A stretch of DNA of 64,000 nucleotides, from the NCBI RefSeq assembly GCF_006345805.1, contig NC_042998.1, positions 185,690,001 to 185,754,000 on the forward strand. Direction: 5' to 3'. Shown piece after piece: positions 40,493-52,360 of the stretch (its first letter is position 1; every line of letters starts with the position of its first letter). A model generated the notes under the pieces. It saw only the letters and a list, made by a program, of their open reading frames with translations, was not told where the DNA came from and searched no databases. The DNA is from Octopus sinensis (Eukaryota). The position numbers and the translations under genes are program-made.

Positions 40493-40929
40493 GAACAACA
40501 GACAAGGTGAGGACAAATATCCGGTTGGGGAAGGCAGCGGCAAACTATCCCAATATCTCTGTCAAACAATACTATGAGAAAGTCAGAACAAAGCAACGCT
40601 ATGGCTTCATCTGATAGTAGAACTTGCGCTTAATTGGAAAGACTTTTGTTGTAGTTTTATCAACGCGTTACGGTACATGACGCTGCCACCGTCAGCAACG
40701 AAGATGTGTGTATGTATGTATGTATGTATGTATGTATGTATGTATGTATGTATGTATGTATGTATGTATGTATGTGTGTGTGTTGTGTGGAGAGAGAAAG
40801 AGAAAGAGAGAGCCAGAAACAGAGATAGAGATGGGTGGACATGGGATGGAAAGTCGCTGAAGAGGTCACAGGTGTGCGACGAAAGATTTCCAGATATTGG
40901 ACATAAAATAAGAACAATAACGAACAAGT

Positions 40930-41480
40930 GAAGAACGTGTGTTTATTTGGCAAGGGAAAATGGCCAGCCCGAAATATAACAATATAATACCACAATCACA
41001 ACAGATATTTATTACAAAAGCACAAATACACACAAAACGCAACACCCCGTGGTGTCTAGCCAGGAAAATTTGTGCTATAGTCGACGATCCAAATATCAGA
41101 AACACACGCTTTATAGAACTCAAAGGATTTTTGCTCAAGCAAAATTACCCTCTCCTGCTTATAGAGAAAGTAGCATAAAACGAGCAAAAGAGATACCTAT
41201 AGAATAACTTAGAGCAACACACACAAAAAAGACGAACCCATCAAAGGGACACAATACCATTTTTAGTAACACACAATCTGCACCAGCAAAACATTTTTAA
41301 CATCATCAAAACAAATTTGCCAATCATAATACAAAGTGAAAAATCAAAAAAAAGCCTAAATAATAAAATACTTATCGTAAGCAAAAAGCAACCGCATAAC
41401 CTAAAGAAACTATTAACAAAGTCATTATTTAGTTTTATTTCAAGATTTCTTGCCAATAGAGAAAGAGCCGCTTTATAATC
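40930..41480 (+). pseudogene. Penelope-like ORF remnant (RT thumb and linker)
   Basis: HTKRNTPWCLARKICAIV..TRFIELKGFLLKQNYP, followed by P.NLKKLL.K. Confidence 0.7.
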
Positions 41481-41517
41481 TAGATCCAAGGTGAAAAATT
41501 GAATATTAATTTGATTA

Positions 41518-41904
41518 GGAGGCGCAATGGCCCAGTGGTTAGGGCAGCGGACTCGCGGTCATAGGATCGCGGTTTCGATTCCCAGACCGGGCGTTGTGAG
41601 TGTTTATTGAGCGAAAACACCTAAAAGCTCCACGAGTCTCCGGCAGGGGATGCTGGTGATCCCTGCTGTACTCTTTCACCACAACTTTCTCTCACTCTTA
41701 CTTCCTGTTTCTGTTGTACCTGTATTTCAAAGGGGCCGGCCTTGTCACTCTCTGTGTCACGCTGAATATCCCCGAGAACTACGTTAAGGGTACACGTGTC
41801 TGTGGAGTGCTCAGCCACTTACACGTTAATTTCACGAGCAGGCTGTTCCGTTGATTTGGATCAACCGGAACCCTCGTCGTCGTAACCGACGGAGTGCTTC
41901 CATC
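41518..41904 (+). mobile_element. SINE family B variant (second head type, tail X) with 10-bp TSD
   Basis: TSD aatttgatta at 41508-41517 and 41905-41914. The tail is shared with 10755-10920. Confidence 0.9.
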
Positions 41905-42391
41905 AATTTGATTAATACCAATTTAAAACCAGTGGTCTAGCATACTGAAAAATCTGAAGATTCAGAAAAATTATATTACATATATATAAGTGGGTTGACC
42001 ATTAAGTGAACATCCATTATGCTAGAAGTAGACCACCTATGGTCTTACCACTAAGAAAGGATTGTTCTCAAGAAAATTTAGCAAACGCCAGAACGTAAGA
42101 CAAATGAAAAGATACAAAATATAAAGATTAATCCCAAACCCGGTTTCGTTGTTATCTAATATTCAATTTTTCACACTTATTATTTTAAATTTAAATTTAA
42201 ATAACTATGTTCTCTAACCGGCAATATTCACTGCAGAGAATTATTTTCTGCAGAATTATTTCCGGTATTTTGGCGCGCCAAAACGAAGACTTTTGAAAGA
42301 TAACCCCAAATGTAATTGGTAGAACTGTATACATATTCAATATCAAGCGGACGTTCCGTGTATAGTTCTGCGAATTATATTTTGCTATGAC

Positions 42392-42453
42392 GATCACACT
42401 GATGAGTTGCGGAAAATTACGTAAGTGGTAACAACGAAATCGGGTTTGTGATT
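42392..42453 (+). ncRNA. Type I hammerhead ribozyme fold, intact core
   Basis: GAUCACA-CUGAUGA-GUUG..CAAC-GAAA-UCGGGU-U-UGUGAUU, with a 7-bp stem I. Confidence 0.75.
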
Positions 42454-42723
42454 AATCTTTATATTTTGTATCTTTTCATTTGTCTTGCTCGTTTACGTTC
42501 TAGCGTTTGCTAAATTTTCTTAAGAACAATCCTTTCTTAGTGGTAAGACCATTGGTGGTCTACTTCTAGTATAATGGATATCCACTTAGTGGTAATTCCC
42601 TCTTATATGCATGTAATATAATTTTTCTGAATTTTCAATATGCCAGACCACTGGTTTTAAATTGATATTAATCAAATTAATATTCAATTTTTCACCCTTA
42701 TTATTTTAAATTATATATATACA

Positions 42724-42937
42724 GGCGTAGGAGTGGCTGTGTGGTAAGTAGCTTGCTTACGAACCACATAGTTCCGGGTTCAGTCCCACTGCGTGGCACC
42801 TTGGGCAAGTGTCTTCTACTATACCCTCGGGCCGGCCAAAGCCTTGTGAGTGGATTTGGTAGACGGAAACTGAAAGAAGCCCGTCGTATATATATATAAT
42901 ATATATATAATATATATATATATATGTGTGTGTGGTG

Positions 42938-42968
<31 letters not shown>

Positions 42969-43130
42969 TGTGTGGTGTGTGTGTGTGTAACTTAGCGGTT
43001 CGGCAAAAGAGACCGATAGAATAAGTACTAGGCTTCCAAAGAATAAGTCCTGGGGTCGATTTGGTCGACTGAAGGTGGTGTTCCAGCATAGCCACAGTCA
43101 CATGACTGAAACAAGTAAAAGAGTATAGAG
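42724..43130 (+). mobile_element. SINE family C with a partly deleted centre
   Basis: Head ggcgtaggagtggctgtgtgg; tail gtaaaagag. Confidence 0.85.
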
Positions 43131-43173
<43 letters not shown>

Positions 43174-43499
43174 CTGTGTGTGTAGCTATTTTCCGCACGC
43201 ACTCGTATATAATGGGATTCTATATTCTCACCTTGATCTATCAGGTTTGCAGACGTCACATAGAGCTATCAAAAGTTATTGACTAAACCAGAATATTTTC
43301 ATGAAGTTATTTCTGAAATAATAACTTGAGCAAAACCGGAAAATCACGTTTTCATCATGTACAATACACTCTACTTATGACATTTTGTCATCAGCATTTA
43401 ATGACAACCCACCCTCACCATACATACATACATACATACATGCATGCATGCATGCATACATACACACGCAAGCACAAACACACAAACACACACACACAC

Positions 43500-43559
<60 letters not shown>

Positions 43560-43565
<6 letters not shown>

Positions 43566-43788
43566 GTCTGGGGAGAGTCGTTTCTTTTTGTGCCTTATAA
43601 TATAACACACTCACCGGTAAAGTTTCCACTTTTTTCTTATTTTTTATTTTTCGAAAATTTTCGTTGCGTCTAGCAACCTTTTCAATAGTCTTGACTCAAA
43701 ACTATTGAAAAGGTTGCAAGACGCAACGAAAATTGGGTGTGTTATATTCTAAGGCACAAAAAGAAAATGACTCTCCTCAGACACAATA
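43560..43788. mobile_element. Palindromic MITE family J
   Basis: Terminal IR tattgtgtctgggagagtc / gactctcctcagacacaata. Central 34-bp arms at 43656-43689 and 43701-43734. Confidence 0.8.
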
Positions 43789-43976
43789 GAATATGCTTCA
43801 ACACACGAACTCATATAAAGAATCTTGTAAACCAAATCCAAAAACGAAATATATATATATATATAATATATATATATATTGTTAATCCAAACATGAAAAC
43901 ACAAAGAGAAAACACAACAACGCGAGGAACAAGTATAGTGTTATTGGACGCTCAGGAAAGGAAAGAAAGAAGGAGG

Positions 43977-44011
43977 ATTTAACGTTTCGAGCGGAGCTCT
44001 TCGTCAGAAAC
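43977..44011 (-). ncRNA. Minimal type I hammerhead fold, intact core, inside PLE-type repeat 43880-44060
   Basis: GUUU-CUGACGA-A-GAGC-UCC-GCUC-GAAA-CGU-U-AAAU. Confidence 0.65.
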
Positions 44012-44077
44012 ATAGGAAAAGAAAGGTTCAAGGAAGAGAAGACGGAGGGAAAAAAATCTCCAACGATACACACGCGG

Positions 44078-44130
<53 letters not shown>

Positions 44131-44131
<1 letters not shown>

Positions 44132-44347
44132 GAGGTGTACTGAAAAGTTTCTGGCTTCAGCTAAAAGAAAATACAGGAGGATCAGTTAATTATAATTGTA
44201 TTCAACATATTCCCCTCTCAGATTCACGCACATATTGCAGCGGTCCTTCAGTTTTTCTAAGCCCTGTAAAAGAACTCGAAAGGTTGGGCTTCCAACCAGA
44301 CCTTTTACAACAGCCTTTAAAGCCAGGAACTTTTCAGCACCTCCTCA
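44131..44347. mobile_element. Mariner-derived MITE
   Basis: TIR cgaggtgtactgaaaagtttctggctt and its inverse, flanked by TA. Retains the RGEYVE transposase tip on the minus strand. Confidence 0.8.
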
Positions 44348-45031
44348 TACACACACACACACACATGATTTCTTTTGGCTCTTCGTCGTCCCCACCAGCA
44401 CCACAACCACCACCACCACCACCATCGTCTCTTCTTCATCGTCGTCGTCGTCGTCGTCATCATCGTCGATGAATGCATAGGTGTATGCATACATACATGA
44501 ATTTTTTTTATACTATTCAAATATTTCGCTCTTCATTGACGAAGTTCCTTCCTTACCCTGCTCAGTGGTTACAATGCAAGTTCAACATGTTCGCAGCGGC
44601 AATTTCTCTTTAACGTATTCAACAAAATAAACGTAAAGACATTTGTAAAAATTCTCGTTAAAAAAATGTTGGTAAATTTCCGCTACAATTTTCTCGGTCT
44701 TTTTCCATGTCTCCAAGCGAAACAAACAAAAGTAAAAAAAAAAAAATTAAAGTACAATACAATACTATATAAAACACCCGTTGAGTAAGTCTTGATCAAA
44801 CTTACAAAGCAATCTCTTACATTCGTGTTTGCTTATGCTGTTGCACTAAGTTTGCACTGTACTTAATAAATTGGCTAGCGACCAAGTCCAAACGACTATT
44901 ACTACAACAGAAGATTAATTGAGTTTTCTACATTCCCAACATATTATTATTATTATCATTATTATTATCATTATTATTATTATTGTTATTGTTATTGTTG
45001 TTGTTGTTGTTGTTGTTATTATTACTATTAC

Positions 45032-45067
<36 letters not shown>

Positions 45068-45086
45068 TACTATTACTATTATTATT

Positions 45087-45679
45087 GAGTGAGAGAGCAG
45101 TTCATGCCATCAAAGTGACACTGGGGTAAAATATACGAGCCCATTATACCCATCATGACTACCCGTCTGATAAAGGTACACCAGGCACATGCATCACAAC
45201 CTACGTGCGCGACATGGTGATCTCATATCAAGATAAACAGCACATGACCTTGCAGGTGGGGCCCAGTTAGAATTTTCTTTAGGTTGTAGTACCCATCCCA
45301 CTCAAACCGTCCCTGAATAAGGTTGTTTAAGGATGTTGAAAGAACCACCCATGTTTCCAGAGGGTGAACTATTCAAACCCCAAATAATCCCTCTCAACAC
45401 ATGGCTATGAGCTCCCCCCCCACTACTTCTGCTCGTGATCAGAGATGCACATATCGTCAGCCACTAGGGACATGCTCACTGGTTAAGGTCAAACAACTGA
45501 CAAGCAAATCTGTGATATTGAGCAGAATATTTGCTGTAGCCCATCTTTATACCAAGACAAAACATAACATGATACATGATAACACTTCAATCAGTTAAGA
45601 TCAGAAGCCATGAGAGCCACTCCTGCCTGGTACTGCATCAGGGCATCTATTATTATTATTATTATTATTATAGTTTATT

Positions 45680-45711
<32 letters not shown>

Positions 45712-45719
45712 CATTACTG

Positions 45720-45788
<69 letters not shown>

Positions 45789-45818
45789 ATAATAATAATA
45801 ATAATAATAACAGTAATG

Positions 45819-45865
<47 letters not shown>

Positions 45866-45878
45866 CAACAACAACAAC

Positions 45879-45933
<55 letters not shown>

Positions 45934-46202
45934 GTTCTTTTTCTTTCAACATCCTTAAACAATCCTTATTCAGGAACCTTTTGAGCGGGATGGGCTACTC
46001 GACCTGAAGAAAATTCTAACTGGGCTCCACCTGCAAGGTCATGCGCTGTTTATCTTCATATGAGATCACCATGTCGCGCACATATGGTTGTGATGCATGT
46101 GCCTGGTGTACCCTTATCAGACGGGTAGTCATGATGGGTATACTGGGCTTCGTATATTTTTACCCCAGTGTCACTTTGATGGCATGCACTGCTCTCTCAC
46201 TC
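45087..46202. mobile_element. Non-coding repeat family G: a 559-bp copy (45087-45645) and an inverted partial copy (45944-46202), both inside AAT arrays
   Basis: 45944-46202 is the reverse complement of about 45087-45343. Confidence 0.8.
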
Positions 46203-46235
<33 letters not shown>

Positions 46236-46317
46236 TTTATTAGTCTTGTTTACATGCAAGACCCTCACAACCACACACACATGCACACACATTTTTTTTG
46301 TTTTGTCTTTTACTCTT

Positions 46318-46528
46318 TTATTCTATTGCTTGTTTCAGTTATTCGACTGCGACCATGCTGGAGCACCTCCTTTAACCGAGCAAATCGACCCCAGGACTTA
46401 TTCTTTGTAAGCCTAGTGCTTATTCTATCGGTCTCTTTCGCCGAACCGCTAAGTTACGGGAATGTAAGCATACCAGCATCGGTTGTCAATCGATGTTTTG
46501 GGGGACAAACACAGACACACAAACATAT

Positions 46529-46540
<12 letters not shown>
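46318..46540 (-). mobile_element. SINE family C, 3' half
   Basis: Family C tail and body. Confidence 0.8.
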
Positions 46541-46560
<20 letters not shown>

Positions 46561-46574
46561 CTACATATATTTCT

Positions 46575-46775
46575 CTCCTATTTTTCCCTCCTTTTTTCTC
46601 TCCTTGTTTCTCCCCCTTTTTTTCTCTCCTTGTTTTTTCTCTATCCCTTTCTGTAGAAGAGCGTAGGCTCGAAACGTAAAAGACTTTTTCGATTCCTGAG
46701 CGTTATACTAATACATCTGTTTGTTTTGTACACCACCTGTCTTCGTCTTTTGTTTTTTTCGTAAACTCTCCCTGT
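46575..46775 (+). mobile_element. PLE-type 3' repeat with variant HHR fold (CUGUAGA, 46647-46684)
   Basis: cttt-ctgtaga-a-gagc-gtag-gctc-gaaa-cgt-a-aaag. Confidence 0.7.
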
Positions 46776-47039
46776 GTAACATCGTCCGTTTTCCGTCCTT
46801 GTTTTGTATATATTCGAGGCTTTCTTCCAAGGAATCTAATGCGCTTGGCTTAGATTTTCCTTTGGGGCTGCCCAGGTCGGAGCAATCTCAAGATTAATCA
46901 GCCGAAATTGCGAAGATGATCCGGTTCTTGACTGAAGATTGAAGGCTTCGAATGTCCCGTCCGTGTTTTTTGTGTCGTCTTCTAAATGTTTCACGTTCTT
47001 GTCCCAGTTTGTATATTTTTTTACTTTTACATATATATA

Positions 47040-47267
47040 TATATATCGCACTGGGGTCGATGTAATCGACTTAATCCCTTTGTCTGTCCTTGTTTGTCCT
47101 CTCTATGTTTAGCCCCATGTGGGCAATAAAGAAATATATATATATATATATATATACATATATACAACGGGCTTCTTTCAGTTTCCGTCTACCAAATCAA
47201 CTGAACCCAGAACCCAGAACCATGTGGTTGGTAAGCAAGCTACTTACCACACAGCCACTCCTGCGCC
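47040..47267. mobile_element. SINE A 3' fragment (+, 47047-47134) and SINE C 5' fragment (-, 47163-47267)
   Basis: Direct similarity to the intact copies. Confidence 0.75.
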
Positions 47268-47689
47268 TAATGTTTTTCTTTATGTAAGCCATCGTGGCTA
47301 ATATAGAAATCATTCCTCCGACTATCACTCTTCTAAAGTAGACACGTTAGACTACTTATCTAATTCCTCTACTCTCTCTCGATCCACCAATCTTTCTTCT
47401 CTTTCATTTCTGTTTGTTTCTGCCTCTTGTTTGTTATTTTCTTCCTTTCTTTCTTGTTTCCAGTCATTTTTCGACCCCTCCCAGCTTCGACGTAAGTGCT
47501 GCAATAATGGGGGACTTTTAGGAGACGAAAAGAAGCGTACAGTGAGAGAGAGAGAGAGAGAGGTGATGACAAATACTTGATAATATAGGTGTGGTTTAAC
47601 TATTCAAGACTTATATAGAGAAGTCATTCTCAAATGTGCGTTTTATCGGTCATGAAGTGGTGGAGATGGACGGGGGGAGGTAGCTGAGA

Positions 47690-47908
47690 AAAGTAGAAAA
47701 GTAGTCAGAAGAGAGAGGGAGAGAGAGAGAGAGAGAGAGAGACAGAAAGAGAGGGAAGAGAGAGAGAGAGAGACAGAGAGAGGGAGGAAGGAAGGAAGGG
47801 AGGATGGTTGTCCGAAACAGAATTATCCTGTTTCTAAATAAAAATTAAAAGGGTTGGGCTACAATTATAAATGATCGTTAATGAAAATAGGTCTTTAAAA
47901 GAACGCGT

Positions 47909-47997
<89 letters not shown>

Positions 47998-48480
47998 CAT
48001 ATATATATATATATATGACATATATATATATATATATATATATGTGACATATATATATATATATATATATGACATATATATATATATATATATATATATG
48101 ACATAATATATATATATATGACATATATAATATACTATATATATATATATAATATATATATATATGCATATACGTGTATGTGTGTGTGCGTGTGTGTGTG
48201 TGCATGTCACGAGCCACCAGACGGAAAGAGCTTGCAAAAGAGTGGAAGGTAGAGATCTGTAAATGGGAGGAAGAGAAAGTGAGAGAGAGAGAGAGGGGGG
48301 AACAAGAAGAGAGAGAGAGAGAGAGGGGGAACAAGAAGAGAGAGAGAGAGAGGGGGAACAAGAAGAGAGAGAGAGAGAGAGAAGAAAGAGAAGGAGTCAG
48401 AGAGAAGGAGAGAGAGAAGGGTGAAAGAAGGAGGAGAAAAAACAAACAAACTGAGAAAGGGACCATAGCTGCTAGCCAAG
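47690..48480. repeat. (GA)n-rich tracts, a (TA)n array with periodic GAC interruptions, and three copies of a ~28-nt GA-rich unit at 48285-48375
   Basis: Read directly. Confidence 0.9.
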
Positions 48481-48796
48481 AGAAAGAATGTGCAAGATGG
48501 GAGAGGAGACGGCTGATATCTCAATGGGTGTAATGGTTATTGTGCTGGTTCTATAATAGTTTCAGATTTAGTTGCAAGGTCAGAAGTGTTTAGTGGATAT
48601 CTTCGTCCCTAGTACTTGACTGCTACTTTATTATCCTGACATGTGCGGGAGTTCTATAATGTAAATATTTTAGACTAGCCGGTTTTGACAATCTTAAAGA
48701 AATTGTTTGCCACAAAATCAATAAGAGTCATTGCAAAAACATGATTACTTTTTCCCTTATTCTGTACAAGACTACACAACATGAAAATCAAATCTT

Positions 48797-49214
48797 GAAT
48801 CTTTTCGGTTTGACCGGCAGTTTTAAAAATAATTTCCACGTAATTAAACACTTTTAAACTTCGTATACTGGTAGAATGTGTTTATAAAACATCTTTTTCT
48901 CTTGGCTTTATTGAGAAAATTCTATAGTTTGTAAGATATTTGTTGTTTTTTCTTCAATTTCTGCAATTTCAACCAATCAATGACGTCTATTGAGGTAAAA
49001 AAAAACATTCTGTGCCGTATGAATATGTCCCTCGTTTAAGAAACAGATTGGGTTTATTTACATTTGTGAAGAAAAAAAGATACCCTTCCCCCCACCTCTA
49101 ACCCTAACTCTAAAACAGATTGAAATGCAATAGATCGATACTAGGGTCATAATTATGGGTGACAATTTCATATGACACCGCTAGAAAAAACTGCCGTTCA
49201 AACCGAAAAGATCC
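48797..49214. mobile_element. MITE family H, second copy, flanked by a 166-bp direct duplication
   Basis: Colinear with 38635-39073. Flanks 48631-48796 and 49215-49380 are duplicates. Confidence 0.85.
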
Positions 49215-50214
49215 TTATCCTGACCTGTGCGGGAGTTCTATAATGTAAATATTTTACACTAGCTGGTTTTGTCAATCTTAAAGAAACTGTTCGCCACAAA
49301 ATCAGTGAGAGTCATTGCAAAGACATGATTACTTTTTTCCTTATTCTGTACAAGACTACACAACATGAAAATCAAATCTTAAGAAGGTAAACCTACGAGT
49401 CAACGCTTATTGTTTATACATCTCTCCTAAGTTACAGAAAGTTCTGTTGCTATTGGTCCAAGTTTCGTAGGTAAAATGTAAAAATTATATGCTACTACCA
49501 TTAAAGACCCGTTGTTGCCGGGTCATAGTGCTAGTGCATGAATATATGTGTATATATAATATATGTACATATTACATGTACATCTATATATATACATCTA
49601 CACATAAAGTACAAAATACAAAGTTATATCTTGAAATCGCTAGTGGTAACAATACTCAAAATATATAACAGACTGGAATTGTTAGCCCGTCTCTTGTAAT
49701 TTCGATCAATTGTATCTTGTCCTCCCTCTTGTATAGAAGTGCGGCTACAATCCAGCCTACCTCTACTTCGGGGGGGGGGGGATTAAAAATTTTTTTCCGG
49801 GACGTCCTACGTCCCAGATATAAAGGTAAAAAAAAGATATTTCTACTTTGCAAGTTCGAGTCGAGTACTCCCTTGCACGCTCCGTTGACTCGAACCTTGC
49901 TTCTATTGTGGCAATTTTACCGCCTCTGATTAGATACCTTTCATAGTCGCACCAAGACACTTTTCGAAGGTGCTTTCCTCCATGTGTTCAAATCTTCTTT
50001 TTTCTCTACATTGTAATTTTTTATTATCCATCTGGACTATTCCATTTCTGCATGCTAATTTTATTTTTAATTTATTCCCATTCATGTGAAACCACTTACT
50101 CAAGTTCAAGTCATTGATGCAATTTTATACCAATTGCTATTTTTACTTTTTTTTTGTTACGATTATATTATACTTTAGTTTGATTTTAATTATTACTTAC
50201 TACATATAACTCAA

Positions 50215-50657
50215 TTGTTATTATCATTTTTATTGTTAAAGTGAAAGTATCTGACATAAAATAGAGAAACGTTTTTGTTTCACTTTTAACACGTAATACT
50301 GAAATAGTGGAGAAGATATGATATTGCTATGGGCTCGCTCTAGGCAAGAAGTTGAACATTTTTTTTTTTTTTGCCCATGAAACTACATGGACCCTAAGTA
50401 AGGCATGTGTAAAATTTGAATGGAATTGGTTGTGTAGTTCTCAAGTTTTAGGGAATCGTAGTGGAGAAGATATGATATTGCTGTGAGCTCGCCCTAGGCA
50501 AAAAGTTGAACATTTTTTTTTTGCCGATGACACTCCCCGGACCCTAAGTAAGGCATGTGTAAAATTTGAATGAAATTGGTTGAGTAGTTCTCAAGTTTTA
50601 GGGAAACACACAGACAGACAGACAAACAGACATTCTCAGTTTTATATATATAAAGAT
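50215..50657 (+). mobile_element. Helitron-like element, 3' part, with an internal ~150-bp tandem duplication
   Basis: Units at about 50304-50454 and 50458-50604; terminus tttatatatataaagat. Confidence 0.55.
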
Positions 50658-51122
50658 TGTATTAGGGTCAATGTTCGTTCTGATAGAATAATTTCTGTTT
50701 CGCTCTACAAAATCCAGTGTTTGATACTTGTTACAGTCTGGTGACGGACTTAATTATGTTTTGTCAATTGCTTACACGCATTCCCAGTTTTCCCATTTTG
50801 TTCACTTTACTTTTTCGTTTATTTCCTTTGATTTTTTTTCTTTTCTTTCAAGTGTAACCAGTAAGAATATTCCTCTCTGTAGTTTAGCAAATCATCAGTA
50901 TTTTATAAGAATGAACATTTTTGGACCAGTCCGACTTGGAATGAACCTTGTTAGTAGTGTATACGTATGTATGTTATCCTTTTAGTTTTAATTATTTGAC
51001 ATCTTCCTGTGAAACATCTGGTTTCTAACAAAGAAACAAAACTCCTATCGTTAGAATCAACATAGATCATTAGTGTATGTATGTATGTATGTATGTATGT
51101 ATGTATGTATGTATGTATGTAC

Positions 51123-51153
<31 letters not shown>

Positions 51154-51174
51154 TGTATGTATGTATGTATGTAC

Positions 51175-51205
<31 letters not shown>

Positions 51206-51258
51206 TGTATGTATGTATGTATTTATCTATGTACATATGTATGTATGTATGTATGTAC

Positions 51259-51289
<31 letters not shown>

Positions 51290-51389
51290 TGTATGTATGT
51301 ATGCATGTATGTGTGTATGTGTTTATGTATGTATATATGTATGTATGTATGGAATGTATTTATGTATGTATGGAATGTAATGTAATGAA

Positions 51390-52360
51390 AGACTAATGCT
51401 AGAGAAGGAGCTGAACATATTTGGCTTTGCCTGGGAAAATATGGATTTGCTAAAACCAACAGCAATGAACTGTATCCTCTGCACTTATGCAATGAATATA
51501 ATCTGATATCGACAACACTTTCTTTCGTCAAAAAATCAAGTACAAATCTATATGAAGTGCTGGACTGATCATTGATTATCAAGAATCAAGAAAAGGCTTA
51601 AAATACGCTCTAAGTTTCAGCGCAAAGCAATTACACGCAAAAAGTTTGATGTTGGCAAATTCCCGTCAAAAGAAACTGACAGTCTCTAACCTTTAAACCA
51701 GGTAAATATTTTTGAAGGATTTCAAAGAAAATATATACAATAGATCTAAGAAAACTCTGGACGTTAGAAAACAAAAATATCAAGATTGGTTCGATGAGAA
51801 TGATAAGGAAATTCGCATCTTGCTGGAGGAAAAACAAAGGTTACATGAAAGGATATTTCTTCCAAATTTGTCTTCAGTCGATAAGGAGAAAGCTGTGGAA
51901 GCATTAAGGAAGATGAAAGATGAAATCCAGAGGTATTTGCGTGGCATCCAGAATATCTGGTGGGAAGATAAAGCTTAAGCCCTTCAAAACGCACCTGTTG
52001 CTAGAAATTGTAAGGTAATATACCAGCCACTGAGAGGAATCTATGGGTCATGAGAGTCCTGTTAAGGCCAAGGATGGAAATAAGATCTTGAAGTAGCCAA
52101 ATGAAATACAGGCTCAATGGAAGGAACACTACTGTGAGCTATTGACTAGGATGACAGAGATTGGTGAATCTGCGGGAGACGAACGGTATTCAGCAGCTGC
52201 CATTAAAAGAATGTCTAGATGAAACCCGAAATCAGAAGGAAACCATCAAAGCCATAACACAAATAAACAATGGAAAATCACAAGGCACGGCCAGAAGAAT
52301 ACTTGCAGAGGCAAAGAAATGCGGAGGAGATAAGCTGAAACATTTGTTGTACGAAGTTAT
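51390..52360 (+). pseudogene. RTE (BovB-like) ORF2 remnant, endonuclease-RT linker
   Basis: KYQDWFDENDKEIRILLEEK..QNIWWEDKA, then ETIKAI.QINNGKS.G..LAE..KCGG. Confidence 0.8.

Larger units (their letters stand above)
41491..42695. repeat. Large inverted repeat (about 280-bp arms), interpreted as inverted PLE pseudo-LTRs; left arm interrupted by a SINE
   Basis: 41491-41517 plus 41905-42157 is the reverse complement of about 42425-42695. An HHR sits at the inner edge of the right arm. Confidence 0.8.

Noticed and set aside
43340-43400. Minus-strand CUGAUGA..GAAA
   Set aside because: There is no stem II adjacent to the core, and position 17 would be G. Other isolated CUGANGA hits (6943, 13175, 39213, 61909) also lack GAAA or stems.
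45585-45645. Resemblance of the family G end to U2 snRNA (atcagttaagatcaga; cctggtactgca)
   Set aside because: Two short, imperfect matches with the wrong spacing; no Sm site or U2 5' end.
46925-46960. CUGA(A/G)GA-NN-GAA-NNN-UUC-GAAU..GUC motif here and at 57290-57325 (minus) as a hammerhead
   Set aside because: The core-like heptamer is conserved in both copies, but position 15.1 is U and no stem I partner exists. Only a family consensus could rescue it.
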